Below, one piece after another: positions 45,766 through 57,800 of a stretch of 64,000 nt of DNA. Position 1 is the first letter of the stretch; each line of letters opens with the position of its first letter. This DNA comes from Nemertoderma westbladi. Taxonomy: Eukaryota; Animalia; Xenacoelomorpha. The stretch covers positions 23,632-87,631 of the forward strand of contig JAUCBJ010007215.1 in assembly GCA_032718475.1 (NCBI GenBank), read 5' to 3'. The position numbers were made by a program, and so were the translations under genes. A model generated the notes under the pieces. The model saw only the letters and a list, made by a program, of their open reading frames with translations, was not told the DNA's origin and did no database searches.

Positions 45766-48700
45766 GGTAGTAGAGTTACCTAAAAGTACACCAGTACCAG
45801 TCCCTAAGCCTACAACATAACGGAATTGCTGTCTGACTGTCAGACTTTCTGACGCCACTAGATTTTTGCTTAGTTTCGGGTTCGTTTGGGGATTCACGTG
45901 GGGTTTTTTGGAATGGTTTGTTGCGGCTGTAGCAACTCCAAGTCGGGGCGCCGCTGCCAGAGATGCGTCTGTGCCGTAGAGGGTCGGCAATGTTCGAGTT
46001 GTGCTCCCGGGAGGAACGGAAACTGCGCGAACGGTGGTCAAACGTCTTCCTCGCAGCCGCTACCTTCCACCTACGGCGCTATCCCTGTAGCATCTGAGGG
46101 CTCTCTCTCACAGCCAGTTGATAGCGGAACCCCAGACTCGGGCGACGAAGGGGACGACGATGACACGGATTGGCACGACACCTTGGTGGACTTCGACACA
46201 ACCTTAACTGAGTCTACCTCAAATAAGGCGATAACTCCATTCAAACCAAATCAAGCCAGCGTTGTCGACCCCCTGGTTGACCCAGCGTCCGTTGTCGGCC
46301 CCCAGGTTCCTCCAGCGTCCGTTGTCGGCCCCCTGGTTCCCCCGGCGTCCGTTGTTGGCCCCCTGGTTCCCCCAGCGCCCGTTGTCGGCCCCCTGGTTCC
46401 CCCAGCGTCCGTTGTCGACCTCCTGGTTCCCTCAGCGCCCGTTGTCGGCCCCCTGGTTCCCCCAGCGCCCGTTGTAGGCCTCTTGGCTCCCCCGGCGTCT
46501 GGGATTAGCCCCTTGGTTCCCCCAACTGGTTCATCAGTGGGGCCAGCGCCGCTAGCAGGGCCTTCTTGTGTCACCGGTTCAACAGAGGTTACCTGGGCAC
46601 ATGTTAAATTACCCAAACAGCATATCGAGAAGTCTATCGCGGATGCTTATGGTGTTATAGTTCACTGGCGGCCCAACCTATTCCTAGTGCCTCAGGGGGC
46701 TGGGGGGCGGGCTTTCGTTGCGGAAATGTGTCGAATCTTGATTCTAGCCACCACCAACAACGTGCTGCAGGAAGTTTCTCTTACCGCATTGTTGTTGATG
46801 CCGGCGCTGTTGCTTCAGAAGCCTGGACGTTCATCAACGACGGCGATACACAGACGAATTCTAGAACGTAGACTAGAATCTTGGAAAGCGGGTAATTTCA
46901 ATGAGCTACTTATTGAGGCCCGGGCGATTCAGTCGCATCTTCCCAAGTTAAGACAATTCGAGTCACAGGAGGTTATGCGCCAGAAAACGTTCGTCAGACA
47001 TATGTTGACAGGGAATGTGTCTGCGGCGACGCGATGTCTCCGCGACCTGACTAGAGGCAAACCGCTCCGCCTGGACGATACGTTTACCGACAAGGACGGG
47101 GTAACCAAGGTAGTCCGCGATGTCCTGCGTGAGAAACACCCCGCTGCGAAACCCGCGGATGAGTCAGTTTTACTGACAGAGTTTGATCGCGCGCCGGAGT
47201 TCCACAACGTTGTGTTCGAACGACTGGATGGTCCATGCATCCAGTCATGTTTACTTCGGATGAAGGGAAACGCGGCGGGCCCATCTGGCCTGGACGTTCA
47301 GGGGTGGAAACACCTTCTGACAAGGTTTCGCAATCCGTCGGCTGAGCTGTGCGAGAGAATCGCTGACCTGGCAAAGCGTCTAGCCCAGGTTGTTGTCCCC
47401 CCCGGGTCGCTGTCTGCGTTGCTCTCGTCTCGTCTGTTGGCCCTCGACAAGAACCCGGGGGTCCGCCCAATCGGGATAGGCGAGGTGCTCCGGCGGGTAA
47501 TCGGAAAGGCGACGGTGCTGTGTATCAGTCCAGATTTACAGGCCGTCGGCGGATCTGTCCAGATGTGTCTTGGACAGAAAGCGGGAATCGAACACGCGAT
47601 ACACAGTTTAAACGATTCCTTTGCCTCTGAGGACTGCGACGGCATATTACAGATCGACGCTACCAACGCATTTAATGTGTTAAACCGCAGCGCAGCATTG
47701 CATAACATCGGTTTAGTCTGTCCGGCGCTGCACACGATAGTAACTAATTGTTACAGCGAACCAGCGCGGCTATTCGTCGGCGGGGAAACCCTCTACTCGG
47801 AGGAGGGTTCCACCCAAGGAGACCCGGTGGCGATGCCGATGTTTGGCTGCGGTATAACGCCGCTCCTTGACGAACTGGACCGCGGGTGCGACGTGGAACA
47901 GAAGTGGTATGCGGACGATGGGAACGCGGGGGGCCGACTGGGAGAACTCAGGAAGTTCTTTGATATCGCGTGTTCAAGGGGACCATTGTACGGGTACTAC
48001 CCGTCGAAGTGTGTCCTGACTGTAAAGCCGGATAAGTTAGTGGAGGCGGAAGCGTTGTTTGCGAACACCATTGTCACAATTGATACGACGGGCAACAAGC
48101 TACTCGGCGGCGTTATCGGTACCGAGGAATTTTGTTCCAGCTACGTCGAGGAGAAAGTCGATGAGTTCGCGGAGGAAGTCGATCGACTCGCCGAGATTGC
48201 CGCGGTGGACCCCCACTGCGCGTACGCCGGTTTGGCGTTCGGGCTCTCCTGCAGGTGGAGGTTCCTAACCCGCGTCATCCCCAACGCAACGGAGCACTTC
48301 GGGAAGCTGGAGGAGACGTTGCAGCGGTTCATCGCCAAACTGCTCGACAGGCCGTCGCTATCGGCGGTTGAACGCCAACTAGTCTCCCTCCCAACTCGGG
48401 ATGGCGGATTGGGTATCCCGGTTCCTTCCGACTTGGAGACGCAGTATGACCACTCGCGCCGAGTCTGTGAACCGTTCGCAGATGCGGAGTCGATGGCAGC
48501 GGTGCGGACTGAACAGAGACGGATCGTGATCGAGGTGAAGGCGGAGTCCATAACATCGTCTCGTACTAAAAGGGAACAAGTTTACGCCCAGTTACCCACA
48601 GACCAACGCAAACTGTGTGAACTCACAACAGAAAAAGGTGCGTCAGCTTGGTTAAACTCCAAGCCACTAACCCTACAAGTTACTCACCTGAGTAAAGAAG

Positions 48701-49619
48701 AGTTCCGGGATGCGGTGTGTCTCCGCTACGGTTGGTGTCCGAAGAATCTACCATCTCGTTGTGCCTGTGGGGCGCGATTTTCTGCAACCCACGTCCTGTC
48801 GTGCCCAACTGGAGGTTTCCCCTCCATCAGGCACAATGAGATACGTGATTTCGTCGCCAACTCGCTCACTGAGGTCGCCTACAGCGTTGCTGTTGAGCCG
48901 ATGCTCCAGCCGTTATCCGGTGAAACTTTCACCCATCGTACCACCTCGACGGACCAGCAGGCGAGGCTGGATGTGTCTGTGAGCGGCTTCTGGGGAAACC
49001 GATTCCAGCGGTCGTTCATCGACGTGTCCGTGTTTAACCCGCTGGCGGCGACGAACGCGGCTATGTCCCTAGACGCAGCGCACCTCCACCACGAGAATCG
49101 TAAGATTCTTAAGTACGAGGAGAGGATACGGGAGGTGGAACATTCTACTTTCGTCCCCCTCATATTCTCGGCCTTTGGCGGGATGGCGCCGACCACGCGC
49201 CAGTTTGTTAAGCGCCTGGGACAGAAGCTCGCGGACAAACGCGAGGTCAGGTACTCGGAATGCGTCACGTGGATCCGGCGCAAGTTAAACTTCGCGTTGC
49301 TTCGTTCCTCCCTGCTCTGCCTTCGAGGTTGTAGGTCAGCCTCTAAACGGCCGGTTCATTGTCCAGTGTCTGATGCATCCATTCGGTTGGACAACGCCGA
49401 CACTGAGCCGTAGCCTGGTAGTACAGCGCAGTCGTACAGGCCTACAATAGCTGACCAGTACTGCAGTAGGCCTACAACATAAACAACCAACTGTTTTGAA
49501 TTTCCCCCTTACATCCGTATCACTGTACCTCATTGTATAAATCAGATTTGGTGATAGGGTGTAATAGTGCAATTTGAAATCCATTGTATCAACTATGTTA
49601 TTATACTATCATCTCACAG
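45766..49619 (+). mobile_element. CRE-like RLE non-LTR retrotransposon, apparently intact, inserted antisense in the BEL leader
   Basis: 15-bp TSD ACTAATAGACAGTGA at 45751-45765 and 49620-49634; single long ORF. Confidence 0.92.
45913..49413 (+). CDS. RT + CCHC + restriction-like endonuclease protein (~1166 aa)
   Basis: First ATG at 45913; GVRPIGIGE, IDATNAFN, TQGDP, WYADD, CACG....HVLSC, RHNEIRD, RLDV..FIDVSV and KILKY; Cys-rich N-terminus; 30-bp repeats at 46255-46520. Confidence 0.93.
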   Translation: MVCCGCSNSKSGRRCQRCVCAVEGRQCSSCAPGRNGNCANGGQTSSSQPLPSTYGAIPVASEGSLSQPVDSGTPDSGDEGDDDDTDWHDTLVDFDTTLTESTSNKAITPFKPNQASVVDPLVDPASVVGPQVPPASVVGPLVPPASVVGPLVPPAPVVGPLVPPASVVDLLVPSAPVVGPLVPPAPVVGLLAPPASGISPLVPPTGSSVGPAPLAGPSCVTGSTEVTWAHVKLPKQHIEKSIADAYGVIVHWRPNLFLVPQGAGGRAFVAEMCRILILATTNNVLQEVSLTALLLMPALLLQKPGRSSTTAIHRRILERRLESWKAGNFNELLIEARAIQSHLPKLRQFESQEVMRQKTFVRHMLTGNVSAATRCLRDLTRGKPLRLDDTFTDKDGVTKVVRDVLREKHPAAKPADESVLLTEFDRAPEFHNVVFERLDGPCIQSCLLRMKGNAAGPSGLDVQGWKHLLTRFRNPSAELCERIADLAKRLAQVVVPPGSLSALLSSRLLALDKNPGVRPIGIGEVLRRVIGKATVLCISPDLQAVGGSVQMCLGQKAGIEHAIHSLNDSFASEDCDGILQIDATNAFNVLNRSAALHNIGLVCPALHTIVTNCYSEPARLFVGGETLYSEEGSTQGDPVAMPMFGCGITPLLDELDRGCDVEQKWYADDGNAGGRLGELRKFFDIACSRGPLYGYYPSKCVLTVKPDKLVEAEALFANTIVTIDTTGNKLLGGVIGTEEFCSSYVEEKVDEFAEEVDRLAEIAAVDPHCAYAGLAFGLSCRWRFLTRVIPNATEHFGKLEETLQRFIAKLLDRPSLSAVERQLVSLPTRDGGLGIPVPSDLETQYDHSRRVCEPFADAESMAAVRTEQRRIVIEVKAESITSSRTKREQVYAQLPTDQRKLCELTTEKGASAWLNSKPLTLQVTHLSKEEFRDAVCLRYGWCPKNLPSRCACGARFSATHVLSCPTGGFPSIRHNEIRDFVANSLTEVAYSVAVEPMLQPLSGETFTHRTTSTDQQARLDVSVSGFWGNRFQRSFIDVSVFNPLAATNAAMSLDAAHLHHENRKILKYEERIREVEHSTFVPLIFSAFGGMAPTTRQFVKRLGQKLADKREVRYSECVTWIRRKLNFALLRSSLLCLRGCRSASKRPVHCPVSDASIRLDNADTEP

Positions 49620-51415
49620 ACTAATAGACAGTGAAACCCACAAATTTTGAGTACTACTGTGCTTTCTTAAGTTTGAACGACGCGAATCGTAAAACTTACG
49701 TTCCTTTGATCTTCCAGTCGTACAAATTCCCAAATACAAACCGGACGTGGGTCTTTCCGTTTTTCGGCGGCGCGGACGAATTTATTGTCTCCCAAACTTT
49801 GCGAAAAGCGGTCTAATCCTCGAAGCGGTCCAGAAATGAGTCCTTGAGTCCTGAAAAGGTCGAAGGTGAGAGTTTTACTTCTACGCTTACGAAAATCTTC
49901 CTAGGTACCGATACAAATTGGTCTTTAAACCCTATGTACCTTTTCAAGTACCGAAAAGTAACACCGCACACACACGGCGTAAAACAAAGTGCTACAAACT
50001 AACTGTTAGCTAGTCAAAGATTAAATACGAAAGTACTAGCTACCCTAAAGCCTACTGAAGCAGGGGACGTTCTAAATTACTAAATTTACTAACCTTAGTT
50101 TTTAAATATCTCCTACTTTCAATAGCTAACAATTCTAAACTATACTATACGCTACGATAGAAGTACTATACACTAATTTCAGAATTTGTATAATATACTT
50201 CCTACTGTAAGGGTCCAGTAGTATACCGCTTACCAGATCCTAGTAACGATGTATCTTACTATGAGACTCTAGTAATGTATACGGGCTTGTACAGTATCTG
50301 ACAACAAATCCCAGTCCAGGATATCTAAACAAACAGATATAGTACACAAACGACTACTGGCGAGGAACAGAGCCTTGTATCTATTCTATGTACGTGAGCG
50401 GGTCTAATGCTTACGTACTAGACAGAAGGATACCTGTCCTCTAACCGGTGAGGCAGATGTACAGTTACAGTAACAGACCAAACTCACGGGAAAACAATCC
50501 CCGCGCAGCGAATCCTAACTATCACTGACAGTCCTAAATACAGTAACTTGCCGCGGTGTGATTTATATGGTTTATATACGAGCTAGTGGGTTAACAGACC
50601 TAGCGTAACAATGCTGATCATCCCTGTCGAAATCAGCCTAAAGGTCGTGCCTAAATGTAACAATAACTGATCCCCCTGTACGAAATCAGTCTAAAGGGTC
50701 AGGCCTAAATGTAACAATACCGTTGTCCAGACAAACAACAGTTTAATAACGAAAGTGAAATACTCCTTATCTTGCCGCAACTAAATCAGATCCTAATTTT
50801 ACAAATACAGATAATTTCCACCTAAAGTAATGTATAGTACGCTATAGCTAGTAGAACTTTAAGGGCAATATGTTTTAGGGCGTGTGTGTGTGGGTGTGTT
50901 ACAAATAAAACAATTTCGTGTAATTCCTTTTACTAGGTTTTAGTGATTTTCTGACTAAAATGATACCGTGCGCTAGGTACTAAAATAAACTAGTCGCGTT
51001 TGTAGAACTTTATACTCACGAATGACGTCAAAGCTCTCTCCTTCCTATCCACAACCCAATGGGCAACCACAGTGTTAGTAACTACACCCGTGATTGGCAC
51101 TAATACCAGATTCTGGTTGTAAGATAAGAATAGGGGTTAATCGCTACCGTACGTTAGCTGATCTGGTATACTAATTTATTTCTAGAACTTTGTTGCTGCG
51201 GTAGTTAGCAGCAATACCTATCAGTACGTGGCAAGGCGCGGTAGGATATTAATAAACCTCCCTAGGCCAAGCAGTGTGCCGGTAGCAGAAATGCTCCTTG
51301 CCTGATCAAATAGCTAACTCCAGACAGGGGGGGGGGGGGTACTAATGTACGTTCTACAAAGCGAACCGGTACCAAACAGTCAGTGCTATGAATCACTAAA
51401 TTATGGAACGTATGC

Positions 51416-52686
51416 TGTAAAAGCTTCTGTGGGATATAACTGGCCCCTTTTGCTTCGCAATCCAGTTTCCCCCCAGGCGCTGGAATACTCTAAAAAGGTT
51501 CTCTAACTGTACATATATTCCCCTCGCCCGCAAGGTACCGTTACAGGTGTTTTAACGGACATAAAAGTCATTCTGCTATATACGTGTTTTAGCGGACATG
51601 GTAAGGCAAAAAACCCGCAATATGGCAAATACTTTTACACAGCTTAGCCGTGATGATTCAGATTACGACATCTAGCAGCTGGTTGCTGACATGGAAACAG
51701 CCATTGGACGCGTGGTTCTTTGTTTGGCTTGAGCCAATCAGAGCGATTTTTCCTGTCGACGTGTAGCTTTTCGGCCGATCATAAAGAGAGTGTTCAGTCT
51801 TACAGTTTTTTACTGATACTTTGTTGTTATTGCTGTCTAAGCCAGAAACACCGGCTCTAGAGTTAATTCTTTTCATACTTTAAGAAGAAACATTAGTAGG
51901 CTTAAATTATAGAGCGTATGACTGTTATCAGTCAAATCCATTCACAATTCAATACTTTGTTGTTATTACCCCAGCAAAGGACTGTTCAACATACATTATT
52001 ATACTGCTATTTACTGTTGTGTTTGGTTGAATATTATTTGGAGAACATATATAAAGAACCCCAATTTCCCAATTTTCTTGATACACTACAGGTTAGAGAG
52101 ACGGGTTATATATAGTGATTGCGACTTATATTGTTGTGGTTTGTAGTGAATTTAATGCTATTTGATAAGCACTACATTGGTCCGTTGCTATTCCCTTTAT
52201 ATATGATAAAATACATTGACGGGCGGCAAATTAGTGAGCAGTATTGTGTGTTACCGGTAGTGTGCATGATTGTGACCGATAACTAAGCATTTCCTAAAGA
52301 ATGCGACTCATACGTGAATCATAAGCCTTACCGACTTACCGTTGTGATTGGTATAAGTCATATCTCTGTTTACTTAGATAGAGCGCCACGTCCTAAAAGG
52401 AACTGTTAATATTTCCCGAAAGTGAATAATATTAGTCAGAAATTAATTATTAACGATCAATCGAATAATACAATACCGTAAGCTTCACTGCAATAATAAT
52501 CTAAGCCGACAGAATCCAGCCTCCCGGGATTATCCAGCGGGTGAATGGACGCGCACTAGGCTGGCTTCTGCTAATGTTGTGTTTATTGGTATTAAATATT
52601 TGTCATCTTCTAAAGTATATTTATAAATCAAAAGACATATAAATTTTAGCAGGTTAAACTGCTAAAGGTCTTCAAAAGCGCGTACA
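51416..52686 (+). repeat. 5' LTR of the inner element
   Basis: Identical by eye to 60590-61860; CCAAT at ~51735 and CATAAA at ~51780. Confidence 0.95.
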
Positions 52687-54862
52687 ATAACAGTCATTGA
52701 CTTTATTGCAGTAAGCAATAAAGTTGAAAGTACCGATCGACCGGTAAACCTGAACCGGCACTTCTGTAGGTCCGTAGGCCCAACTGCCCTAACCGGTACT
52801 TCCAGTATAAGTACATTAGTATTATTCGATTTTGATTATAGTATACCGGTAGGTCTTAGTATTTAATCAGGGAACGGCCGCCCTGATTTTTATTTGAGAT
52901 TCTACTTATTTCTGTCGGTTTTATTTACTAGTAGGCTAATATTGAGCAGAAGGCGTGTGACCCTGCTCAGATTGTTCAGATAATTGTAGGCTGAGCTGCT
53001 GTCTGACTGTTGTTGGGTTTGGAGAGATTACGGCGTGTGTAGAGTTTGTCTGATAAAGTGCTGTTAGTAAGTTGGGGCAGCCATATGCGGCAAGGTCAAT
53101 CCCCTCTTAAAGAATAAGTCGTACTACCGTGATAGAACGCATGCTAACTAACTGTTTCAGAATCTGCATATACTGTAGTTTATTTAGGCTTGATCGTAGT
53201 CTGCCAGTGTTTTAGCCTGTGTTTGTTTGTGTGGTCTGTTCAGGTACCGTAATAGTTATTACTCAGATATTTTGTAGGCTGGATTGTTGTCTAGCTATTA
53301 TTAGGTCTGAAGAGATTGCTGCGTGTGTAGAGTTTGTCTGATAAAGCTCCGTTAGTAAGTTGGGGCAGCCATAGCGGTAAGGTCAATCCCCTCTTAAAGA
53401 ATAAGTCGTACTACCGTGTTAGAACGCATACTAACTAACTATTTCAGAATCTACACGTACGGTAGTTTATTTAGGCTTGGCGGTAGTCTGCCAGCGTTTT
53501 GGTTTGTATTTGTTTGAGTATTCTGTACGGGTAGCGTAATATTTATTATTCAGAGTTTATGCGATTATTCGCAACATTCATGTCCCCAAGTTTATTCCTA
53601 CAGTAATTGTGTTTGTTACACATACCGTTATAGTTAAATTAACTCCGGTACTACACGGGCTGCTTGGCGTAGGTAAAGACTGGTGACTTTGTGCTTCGGT
53701 CACTCCAGCAGATGCCGTGGTTCTTTTAACTGTTCAAGTATATTTAACTACTGATTATTTGTTATACCGGTACTTGTACCTAATTTAGGGTTTAGTGTAC
53801 AGTGCTTTCCGAAGTAATTAGTGTGTAGGCAGTATATTTGTGTTGTAAAGTGGTTGATAGGCACATTCGTTAGCTCTATTAACTTCTGGGTAGGAACAAT
53901 CCGTGATACATAACGTAGTACCTATAGCGATACGGTTATAGGTCGTCAGGCGGTGGTATTTTCCTATCTGGACAGTACAGTATATTTACTACTACTTATT
54001 ATTTCAAATACCGTAGTACCCTGTCCGTTGTAATAACCAGAAATCTAACCCTTTTTAGGCTGGTTTGTAGACTTCCTGTAAAATTACCCTAAAAATTCGT
54101 ACGTAATATTTTTGTTGTGTTTAACTAGAGATTTAATCTCACCCGTATCGTAAGTAATTTGTAGTATTAAGTAACTTAGGTAAATTAGAATTATCAGTTT
54201 TAGTGTCAAATAAATAGCACTTCACTGAGAGCGCACAGCTTCTGTGTAGTGACTCCCCCAGAAATAATAACATTTATTTCAAATATTGACAAAACCCTTT
54301 TAAACGGGTATATAAATATTATAAATCAACTCAAACGATTTATAAATAGTAGGCCTGCCATACAACAACTAGGTCTCAATATCAGTTGGACTACTGCTTA
54401 AATAACGGTAACAAAGTAAGTTAAAGTAACCAAGTAACCCTAAAATATTCAGAAATTCAATTATTTTAAAATAATTGACATACCGGTATTTACCATAGGC
54501 TTATTATATTTATTTCTATAAATTTGAGCTGAAATCATACCGGTATTCTGTAATTAATTCTAGTAATAATTATACTTATATATACTATAAGTGTCAGCTG
54601 TATACCGGTATTCACGATAGGCCTATTATATATTTATATATATTTGTGCTAAAATTATATACCGGTACTCTGTGACAAATCTAGTCTGTAATAATACTTA
54701 TATATATATTATAAGCATACCGGTATTCTAATATATTATACATATATCACGCTACACTGAGTAGCAGTATCGGTAATTAATTATTAGGCTAACAGTGATA
54801 CTGAATTACTAGACTTGCTTTAACTGTAATATAGCAGTAGGCATTCGACTGTACAATCAAAC

Positions 54863-57800
54863 ATGGCTGACACAAGGCAAACTCTGTCAGATAGTCTCCT
54901 AGAAACAACAGCCTGTTTCTCAGATCAAAGTGTAGAGAATCCCAGACCGAGGTCTGAAACCCCTCATACTGTAAGACGGGCAACCCCTGCAGTGGTTGTG
55001 TCAGAACCTAGGTTGGTAGAAAAGATTTCGCAATTTGCGAAGTTATTGAAGTGCCGTTGGTCTGCCATAGGCACTCGGGCCCAAGTCAAGCGGGATCAAG
55101 AAGAAGCTATAAAACAGCAGCAACATCCTAGCCAAGAACCTAGTTCTCAGCAGCCCGATAGCTCCAGTAGTTCGGATACTGCTGAGCGGACGTCCGAACG
55201 CGGAGCGAAGATGGCGGATACGGTTTATGATGAGCGGCCAACCTATGAAGAATCAACCGACGCCACTTCTTCTCAAGTGGAAGGTGAGGTGGAAAGCGAA
55301 GTGGAAAGTGAGGTGGAAAGCGAAGTGGAAAGTGAGGTGGAAAGCGAAGTGGAAAGCGAGGTGGAAAGCGAAGTGGAAAGCGAATTAACAGCAGCAGAGA
55401 AGCCGCGAACTAGAGACGCTATCGACATTTATTTGTCCGACTATCAGCGATTCCTAGGAGACGAAGAGTTGAGGAGACGGCTGTCTGGACTTTCCCCTAA
55501 TAGTGAAGGAACCAAGCTTGTGTTGGACTCAATCGATGCCGAAATGTTAGCTGCAAACCAAGCTGAATGTGATGAAAAACTCCGCCTCATTAGAGTCCGA
55601 GAAGAACAAGTAAAGAAAAGAAGGATAGAGGAACAAAAGGCGGCGGCTATGGCAGAAGCAGAAGTAGAAAGAAAGGCAGCAAAGGCAGTGGCAGAAGCAG
55701 AATGGAGAGCCTCTGAGCAGACTACCCAACTGGAGTTGGAAAATCTGCAAGAGATACAAGACAGTATAAATAAACAGTTTACTGCTAATCAAATGCAGAT
55801 GATGAGAAAATCTACTCCCAAGCGCCAGGGATACACATCCTCGGAGGAAGGCGAGACCACCGATCCTGAAGGCGGAGGAAATAGATCTCATCTAAGTGGG
55901 CGTAGAAAAACATCTTACCGTCGCAAATTGCCTGATTTGCCCCCAGCTGTTAAAAGACAGCTAACTAGCACAGACTTAGGTAGTGCAGAACCCATAGAAC
56001 AATTTATCCAGGTCAAAAGACTCCCTACTATAGTCGATGAACCTGAAATAATTAGGCCTGTCGTTCCCAAAGTCACTTCTGTGTTAGAGACCCCTGTACT
56101 TCCAGAGCTTAACTCTAAATTCCCTTTACATAGTACTACACTGCCTGTACCCGGTGGAACAGTCCATGCAAATACCCCTGTCCAGATAGCAGAGAGAGAA
56201 ATCAATAATTTGTCTCCCGTCGTCCCGCGTCAGCCCGCTACTATGTTGGCGACTCCCGCTTCGGCGGTTGAGTGGGTGGAAGAGGGACGGTGGGGGATGA
56301 ATCTCCTGCTAGGACAGATGCAGGAGACTGTCCACCAACTTAAGGGAACAGTGAGGGAAGGTAGAGCAGAGTTGCAAGAAGTGCAGCAAAGTATCGCGCT
56401 AGAACGCGACAACTTAGTCAATATACAAAAGAGTATACCAATACCCCCTGTAACATTGTGTCAACCTGTTAGGTCTGAAGTATTACATGCGCAAGGTGTG
56501 GAGCCTACACGCATCTATACTGCTAGTGAAGTTGAAACTCCTATAACAAACCCTATTAAGGGTGATTATAGACCTGTTATTAATGATATTCCCTATAGAC
56601 CTGATAATGATCCGAGAAATTTATATACCGATAATTCGATATTAAATAACACGATGGCCCAAGAAAGCTTTACGCGTCAGATGGCTAGAACAGAAGCCCG
56701 CCAAGCGGTCAAAGTGGGAGAGATCGTCAAATTCAATGGAGATGAGATGAAATGGTTACCTTTCAACGAATATTACAAAGATAGCATACAGAACTCTGTA
56801 CTATCTAACGGAGAGAAACTTAGATTCCTCATCAAGTGCTTGGAAGGACCTCCCAAGTTAATGGCGTTAAAGTTTATTGGACATCCAGATGGATTAAGAC
56901 AAGTTTGGGATACATTAAACATCAGGTATGGTAACAAGGATAACATAGCTAAGTATTTGTATGCAAAATTAGTAGCCCCCCGACACTTCCTTAGTAGCGA
57001 GATTATAGAGTTTTCCGATGAAATTCAAGAGATCTGTAGACAACTGGACTGGTTAGGTAAGTCGCATGAATATCAGAGTTCCATGGTTATTGGAGCCGTA
57101 GTCTCTACTTTACCAAAGGGTGGAGTATGTACACGCTGGGACAAGAAAGTGTTGTACATGAATGAACAACAACGACGAAGTCCTACCATGGCTGATCTCA
57201 TGTCTTTCTTAGATAGTGAAGTAAAATTACAACTCATAAGGCAGTCCAGAGAGAAAACATCGGAAAATAAGGTAAGTGAGAAACCCGTTTCTAGGAGAAG
57301 GATAATACCAGTGTGTTATACTGACGACGGCGAAAGCCAAGCTTCTCAAGAAGAGGACAGCGGGAAAGACACAGCAAAATCTTACTATGACAACAAGACC
57401 TATAAAGACGTAAGTAAATACAAGTCTCGAACCAGTGACAGGAGAGAACAGGTAACAACAACTCCTCCTACGTCTCCTAAGAGAATTCACGGAAGAAAGC
57501 CCGAAGAAAGAACGAGAGTGCAGAACGTTAACCAAGTTAAGGTGAGTAACATCAAACCAAAATGTGCGCTGTGCGACGGGCCCCACCGTTTGAGTGCGTG
57601 TGCAGAATTCCTAAAGAAATCCATGGCAGATAGACGTGGAGTCCTGTGGGATAAGCGGTTATGTTATAACTGTCTCAGACGCGGACACCAGCGGCGAACC
57701 TGTTACTCTGACGCAAGGTGTGCTAAGTGCGGCGCGAAACATCATAGCTTGTTGCACACGGAATTCGAACGAAACAGCCCGAGTCAGGTAAGTGAGCCCA

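Noticed and set aside
45886-49413. Antisense RT ORF as an integral gene of the BEL element
   Set aside because: The 15-bp TSD shows it is an independent insertion.
51326-51352. G-run as PPT with the inner LTR starting at TGTACG
   Set aside because: This sequence is continuous in the uninterrupted outer LTR, and the TATGC TSD fixes the insertion at 51416.
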